Source: Bdellovibrionota bacterium FG-1 (GTDB lineage Bacteria; Bdellovibrionota; UBA1018). From it: a stretch of 64,000 nucleotides of DNA. The notes under the pieces are model-generated. The model saw nothing but the letters and a program-made list of their open reading frames with translations. It had not been told where the DNA came from and ran no database searches. The position numbers were made by a program, and so were the translations under genes. The stretch covers positions 1 through 64,000 of the forward strand of contig JBBCAW010000053.1 of the NCBI GenBank assembly GCA_051382295.1. Direction: 5' to 3'. Positions 58,805 through 64,000 of this stretch are shown piece after piece; the first letter of the stretch is position 1; each line of letters begins with the position of its first letter.

Positions 58805-60991
58805 TTACAGCCGATAGGATGCCGACAGATAGTACATCTGAGCGGTGTAATTAAGGTCAGCCCCCGCGCCAGTCAGCAAGCCAGGGCTGGCTGCCGTACT
58901 GATCGCTGGCCGGTCCGTGTAACCATCCCAAGCATCATCAGAATAAGTGAGCTGATCAAACCCAAAGCCCACCGTCGCACTCAACTTCGTGTTCACGCGG
59001 TAAGTGCCGTGAATATCCGCAAGGGAATGCCGTGCACCCTCTAGGTTGTTCAGATCCCAGAGAGGGACACCGTTGGCAGGCTGGCCCGCATTAAAGGCCA
59101 TGCTACCACTCGATACGTTTTGGCTCCATGAAGCAACCAAATCAAGCTGCTCCAACACCGGCACTACGACATTAAAACCATAACCCCAAGTGAGGTTATT
59201 GGTGTTTTCATCGAAGTTAAACGCATAGTTGCCAGCCGTCGTGCTGTTGGTTGGATCGACCGGAGGAGTACTTGGATCCTTCGGAGTAATCGATCCACTT
59301 ATGTAACGACGAGTGGTATTATAGAGGGTCCCTTCGGCGTCAGCAAACGCATTAAAACGAATTTTCTTGATAGTGTAACCGACGTCGAAGAACACTTCGT
59401 TGGTTTGGTCCCATTTTCGTCCAAGAGTAGTGGCAGTGTACTTATTGCTCCGCCAGCCATAATCCACTCCAAAATCAAGATCAGGCACCAAATCACTGAA
59501 GCTCAGTCCCGTCTCCAACTTCCACATGGTTTTGTCAGCCACATCAAAGGGACGGGCATAAGCACCGAAAGGAACATCTGGAGCCAAAGCTCCACCTTCG
59601 AAATCGGAGGCGCGAGCCAAATAGTCCATTTTGGCTTTGAAACCCAGCCAATCAAGAGTGTTGTTCGTCACCTTCGCGAAATAATGGTTGTCATTCGTCG
59701 TCAACGCATCAGCGCGGTCACGATGCACCAGAAGGTGATTATATCCGCCCCGAAGTTTCGTACTGAAAGGCAGACGATAGCCTGCTTCTAATCCTGCATC
59801 CGCCTTACGGTAACTAAAGGTCTCGGTTTGATACCACGTTGCCGTCGACGCCCCTGCCGCAGTCACAACAGTTTTGTTGTAATTGAAGGTGTCCGAGTCA
59901 TTGCGCTTGTCGAGATAATCAAAAAACAAGCGCGTATCGAGATCGGAGATGGGTCTCGAAGTGAGACTCGTATCAAACGAGCTGTAGCCGATCTTTCCAT
60001 TAAAGGAATTGCCTGCGGCACTCCAGGTGGTTACACCAGAGGTAGCATAGGAAAGAGGCTGTACTTGCGGATCAATGGTATCCGAAAGCCAGGCCATCCC
60101 ACCGCGCAAACCGAAACTCGAATTGAGAGGTAGCTCGCCGATGGCAGCCTGTAATCCGACACGGTTATAGATACTCGTCGGAGCAATGGTAACAACGTCA
60201 GCCCCATTATTAGCGACAGTAGCCGAGGTCGCAATCACAGGATCCATGAAGCTCATATACTGATTATCCGTACTGAAGCTACTCAAATCATACCGAAGGG
60301 ACACTGCGATATTGTCCTGACGGAAGGCAAGATCAGCATACACCATCGTGGTTTTTGCATCCACGGGCGCAGGCAACTCGAACCCTTGGCCTTGTGCGAC
60401 ACCGATCGGACGCAAACCGGTGCGGGACTCTTGATTCACCCCAAAATCCAAAAAGAAGGGACTCAGCATATTCACTGAGAAATCGCCCCCGAACTTTTTG
60501 CGTGTAATCGTGTAATCAAACCCATTGGTCCAACCACCCAACGTGCGCCAAGGCTCACTGCCTGCGGTGGTGTCATAGGTCAGATTATTTGTTCCAACCC
60601 CAGCATAGAAGGTCGAAGCATTAAACGACAAATTATGAATAATCTGATCAAAATAAAGTTTGTATTTGAAGGCGTTGTATTTACCTCCATCCACAACGTA
60701 CTTTTGATCTTTTCGAGCGACATCACTCAGCAAGAGACCCGTGTAATACCCGTCTCCCACCGCGCGAACATCCCCATTGAGTACTGGACCCGTGGTCCAA
60801 TCCCGATACTCATTGAATTTGGCGCTTTGATGGCTGTTATTGACCCAGATAAAACCGAGATCAGCGCCTCCCGTCAAATCAAAAGACCCTAACTTAAATC
60901 CTTGGTCTTCTGCGATAGCCGCTGCTGAGAGAAAAACACACCCCAACACGACACTCCAGTAACTGACCTTAATGGCTTTTTGTAATTTCAT
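58805..60991 (-). CDS. mtrB: MtrB/PioB-family outer-membrane porin
   Basis: Signal peptide, SAKFNEYRD, LPAPVD, ~730 aa beta-strand pattern, terminal YRL; directly after the decaheme gene. Confidence 0.85.
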   Translation of the reverse strand: MKLQKAIKVSYWSVVLGCVFLSAAAIAEDQGFKLGSFDLTGGADLGFIWVNNSHQSAKFNEYRDWTTGPVLNGDVRAVGDGYYTGLLLSDVARKDQKYVVDGGKYNAFKYKLYFDQIIHNLSFNASTFYAGVGTNNLTYDTTAGSEPWRTLGGWTNGFDYTITRKKFGGDFSVNMLSPFFLDFGVNQESRTGLRPIGVAQGQGFELPAPVDAKTTMVYADLAFRQDNIAVSLRYDLSSFSTDNQYMSFMDPVIATSATVANNGADVVTIAPTSIYNRVGLQAAIGELPLNSSFGLRGGMAWLSDTIDPQVQPLSYATSGVTTWSAAGNSFNGKIGYSSFDTSLTSRPISDLDTRLFFDYLDKRNDSDTFNYNKTVVTAAGASTATWYQTETFSYRKADAGLEAGYRLPFSTKLRGGYNHLLVHRDRADALTTNDNHYFAKVTNNTLDWLGFKAKMDYLARASDFEGGALAPDVPFGAYARPFDVADKTMWKLETGLSFSDLVPDLDFGVDYGWRSNKYTATTLGRKWDQTNEVFFDVGYTIKKIRFNAFADAEGTLYNTTRRYISGSITPKDPSTPPVDPTNSTTAGNYAFNFDENTNNLTWGYGFNVVVPVLEQLDLVASWSQNVSSGSMAFNAGQPANGVPLWDLNNLEGARHSLADIHGTYRVNTKLSATVGFGFDQLTYSDDAWDGYTDRPAISTAASPGLLTGAGADLNYTAQMYYLSASYRL

Positions 60992-61009
60992 GTTTGTTTC
61001 CTCATTCAC

Positions 61010-61945
61010 TTAGCGGCCAAACACGGGGCCAAGCGAAGTAATCGTATTAGATCCATGGATATTGCCATGGCAATTCAAACAGCTACGGCCCCAAAGCCGT
61101 GGACTAGACTTCCATATCGCATTTGCAGTGGGACCGCCAAATCCGGCATGACCATCAAATGGGTTGGTTGGGTGACCTTTCGCAGTTGCATGACAATCTT
61201 GACAGAGGCTAGGAGCCCTGCGAACCAAGAGCTTTTCATGCTGACTGCCGTGAGACTTATGGCAGTTCATGCAATTTTCTTCCACTGGGGGGTGTTCAAA
61301 AATGAAAGGTCCACGCTTGTCGGCATGGCACTTATAGCAAAGCTGATTGATGTTATCGGCCTTGAGATTACCGTGGCCCAGCGTTCCATGAGGATTGTGG
61401 CAATCAGCGCAGGTGACCTTACCTTCGATGATCGGATGATGTGAGAATTTTTTGACGTCCGACTGAACATCCTTATGACAAGCAAAGCAGGTTTCTGCCT
61501 TAGGCTTGATCGAGGCCTGTCCATCGTGCATCTTGTGACAGTTCGCGCACGAAACATCGTTGCGACTATGAATTCCTTGCTTCCAATACATCAAGGATCC
61601 CGTCTGAGTGGAGTGACAGGTCAAGCATTGCTTGGCCAGCATCTGGGCATCCTGCTTGGTTCCTTTATTGAAGCTGATAATCGAACTCGCTTCACGATCC
61701 TTCATGTGCTTATCGCCAGGACCATGACAGGTCTCGCAGCTAAAGGACCCTTCTTTGGTTTCCCATGCTTTTGAGTGGGGATTGCCAACGAAAAAGCTGT
61801 TTACCGCTTTCTCATGGCACTCCTTACAGCGATTAACGGAGCCTTTGTCAACGCCTGCGACGCTGACGCCCCCTCCTAACCATCCTATTGAACTGGCAAG
61901 TAATGTTGCCAGAATCAGCCTTCTAACGTGTTGTGTTTTTTTCAT
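61010..61945 (-). CDS. mtrA: DmsE/MtrA/PioA-family periplasmic decaheme cytochrome c
   Basis: 10 CxxCH; SHHPI.EG..TC.DCHNPHG, CY.CHADKRGPF.FEHPPV.ENC, C.NCH..IHGSN. Confidence 0.93.
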   Translation of the reverse strand: MKKTQHVRRLILATLLASSIGWLGGGVSVAGVDKGSVNRCKECHEKAVNSFFVGNPHSKAWETKEGSFSCETCHGPGDKHMKDREASSIISFNKGTKQDAQMLAKQCLTCHSTQTGSLMYWKQGIHSRNDVSCANCHKMHDGQASIKPKAETCFACHKDVQSDVKKFSHHPIIEGKVTCADCHNPHGTLGHGNLKADNINQLCYKCHADKRGPFIFEHPPVEENCMNCHKSHGSQHEKLLVRRAPSLCQDCHATAKGHPTNPFDGHAGFGGPTANAIWKSSPRLWGRSCLNCHGNIHGSNTITSLGPVFGR

Positions 61946-62440
61946 AAAATGTCGGTTTCTCCGGGTAAAAAGCCGAAAACTCTGCTTTCTAAATTCACGT
62001 TTCCAGAGGTTTAACTTTAGAAACGTTCAATCATTTAAAAATCCTAACTATTGATATCACGATAAGCCGGTTGGCCTTTTTCGCAACAGCAAAGACGCTC
62101 TGACATTAATTTTTTTTTATTCTCCTTTTTTTGGAGAACAAAAAGCGACAGAACAACCCAACTTTTAACGAGCGTGGGACATTTTTTCCAATACATATTT
62201 CAGATGCACGTTTAACAGGCAAGGTATTGACACCAAGCAATACTGTTTAAACGCTGAAAAATACAAAACCAACCTCCACCGGGTCAGTGGAATTATTTTG
62301 GAATGGTTATTGATAGTAATGCTCGCAGCTTTCCATTTTTTGTTTATGATAGAAAAAGTCCCGTGGAGTTCATTTTGCACACTTCAAGGGATTGCATTTC
62401 ACTATTACAATTACATTCCCCTTAAGGAGGACTTGAAATC

Positions 62441-62806
62441 ATGAAGAGAAGTTTGTTACTCGCGTTTACAGGTATCATCGTCGGAAGCTGGCTCAGCCAC
62501 GCTGCCCATGCCGAGTTTAAGCCCGCTGACTTCTACGCCGAAAAGTGCGCTAAATGTCACGGCAAGGAAGGCAAAGGGGATGGACGCTCCGCGAAGAAGC
62601 TCAACAAAACCCCTACTGACTTTGCTGATGGCAAGGCCTTTACCGAAAAGAAGGGTCTCGACATGAGCCCCGAAGACCGCATGATTAAGGCAATCAAAGA
62701 GGGCGGTCCCGCTGTCAAGCAGGGCAAGGAAATGGATAAGTTTGACGATCTTAAGCCCGAAGAAGTAAAAGCTCTCGTCGAATACCTGAAGACTTTTAAA
62801 AAGTAA
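62441..62806 (+). CDS. Periplasmic monoheme cytochrome c
   Basis: Signal peptide, CAKCHG..GKGDG, distal Met candidate (KEMDKF); GGAGG RBS. Confidence 0.9.
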   Translation: MKRSLLLAFTGIIVGSWLSHAAHAEFKPADFYAEKCAKCHGKEGKGDGRSAKKLNKTPTDFADGKAFTEKKGLDMSPEDRMIKAIKEGGPAVKQGKEMDKFDDLKPEEVKALVEYLKTFKK

Positions 62807-62820
62807 TTCTTTCAACTTGG

Positions 62821-62856
62821 CCCGGCACGAAATTTTCGTGTCGGGTTTTTTTTTTG
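62821..62856 (+). terminator. Intrinsic terminator
   Basis: CCCGGCACGAAA-TTTTCGTGTCGGG hairpin followed by long T-run. Confidence 0.85.
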
Positions 62857-62963
62857 GCTTCACTTAATCTATTGCAAAGACTCCGGCTTGTGATTACCTT
62901 TTGTTTCGCGCTTTCCTCACCTCTTTCAATGCAAGATTAGCCATCAAAAGCGGGGAACAAAGA

Positions 62964-64000
62964 ATGGAACGAGACTCTCGAGAGTGGTTGCAAACGAATC
63001 AACTCGGTTCTTATGCAATGGGAACAGTTGATCGCGTTCCACACCGCAAATACCACTCTCTCTTAGCTATTCGCGAGCCAGGTCATGGCGACCCCCTGAA
63101 TGTTTTGCTCGAAGTAGGCGAATACATCCAAACCGAGCACCACCTCTACATGCTCCATGGTTTTGAGTTCGAAGATCGAACGGAACCCAAAGGATTTGGA
63201 CACCTCAGTCGGTTTTCGCACCTCCCACACCCCCAGTGGACTTATCAGCTCTCCGAAGCCGGACATCCTTTCGAGATCACCCGCAGTCTTGAAATGGACC
63301 CAGAAAATGACCGAGTTTTTTTGCGTTACCAAATTTCTGGGGTGAGTGCGCCATTCCAACTTCGTCTGCGACCGTTTCTTCCTTACCGCCCCATCCATCA
63401 TCTCACTCGAGCCAACTCAGCACTTAATGGTGCTCTTTTGCCAAGCGCAGGGGCGTGGTCGATTGAACCCTATGCAGGACTTCCACGAGTCCATTTCAAA
63501 ATCAATGGCGCCGAATCCCACTTTGTCGGTGATGGCCAATGGGTACAAGGAATTCTCTATCGAACAGAACGCGAGCGCGGCTACCCTTCAACCGAAGACT
63601 GCTTTACCCCGGGTGATTTTGAAATCACGATCAAAAAGGATGGCGCCTTCACCTTTGAAATCGGAACCGAGAAGAGGGGCACCAAAATCGGCAATTCTCT
63701 GACTCCCCCATCTGATCCTCTGGAGAGAGCTGGAAACCAGTTTTTAATCCAAAGACGGGATGGCTTTCACTCCATTATAGCGGGATATCCCTGGTTCGGA
63801 AGCTGGGGCCGAGACACTCTCATTTCGGTCACGGGCCTGTGCATGACAACAGGACGCCTCAAACTCGCTGAAGCCATCCTCACGAGCTATGCTCAAGCTT
63901 TGACCTCCGGCCTTAAGAATACTGGTTTGGTTTGCGCTGATCCCAAAACCGGCCTCATCATGACCGGTGTCGACACGCCCCTTCTCTTCATTCGCGCGGT
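62964..64000 (+). CDS. Amylo-alpha-1,6-glucosidase/glycogen debranching enzyme (partial, runs off the window)
   Basis: Manual translation MERDSREWLQTNQLGSYAMGT..RKYHSLL and, in the same frame, IIAGYPWFGSWGRDTLIS. Confidence 0.9.
   Translation, partial: MERDSREWLQTNQLGSYAMGTVDRVPHRKYHSLLAIREPGHGDPLNVLLEVGEYIQTEHHLYMLHGFEFEDRTEPKGFGHLSRFSHLPHPQWTYQLSEAGHPFEITRSLEMDPENDRVFLRYQISGVSAPFQLRLRPFLPYRPIHHLTRANSALNGALLPSAGAWSIEPYAGLPRVHFKINGAESHFVGDGQWVQGILYRTERERGYPSTEDCFTPGDFEITIKKDGAFTFEIGTEKRGTKIGNSLTPPSDPLERAGNQFLIQRRDGFHSIIAGYPWFGSWGRDTLISVTGLCMTTGRLKLAEAILTSYAQALTSGLKNTGLVCADPKTGLIMTGVDTPLLFIRA

Noticed and set aside
62306..62324. Fur-box-like sequence in the mtrA/cytochrome divergent promoter
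   Set aside because: About 13/19 match in an AT-rich region; too weak
63063..63702. ORF-track ORFs at 63063, 63157 and 63346
   Set aside because: Alternative frames of the debranching enzyme gene starting at 62964
1..64000. CRISPR array, cas genes, rRNA or prophage structural genes
   Set aside because: No spaced repeats or recognisable motifs seen

Overview
Bacterial chromosomal window. Gene content and orphan families suggest a Bdellovibrionota/deltaproteobacterium-like organism (inference). 1-2.7 kb is accessory: the end of an IS1595-family element inserted in an HNH gene, a decayed Bro-N gene, and an SLT gene with an overlapping partner. 2.8-35 kb is mostly housekeeping (ygfA, ymdB, ppx, AsmA, gatCAB, pcrA, ClC, glmUS, dksA, lon, two CNNM genes, CheY/CheC-like, HU, cyclophilin), plus a Cyc2-like cytochrome-porin cassette. 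tRNA-Thr(CGT) at 35059 is followed by a decaying island with a truncated sigma54 activator, a truncated sensor kinase, an intact DUF4258/MqsA-type toxin-antitoxin pair and an AAA-DUF4143 ATPase. Arginase and ornithine aminotransferase follow. The highlight is 46.9-62.8 kb, a heme-dense locus with 46 canonical CxxCH motifs counted in 7 ORFs. It holds an MtrA/MtrB-type porin-cytochrome conduit with no MtrC, a 14-15-heme protein whose HAO-like domain appears to have lost its catalytic heme, a beta-propeller-multiheme fusion, an unannotated 55-aa membrane protein and a hexaheme NapC/NirT-like protein. These are interleaved with a eukaryote/Geobacter-type citrate synthase and lysine catabolism genes. 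A glycogen debranching enzyme runs off the right end. Family calls come from motif recognition only; no searches were run.
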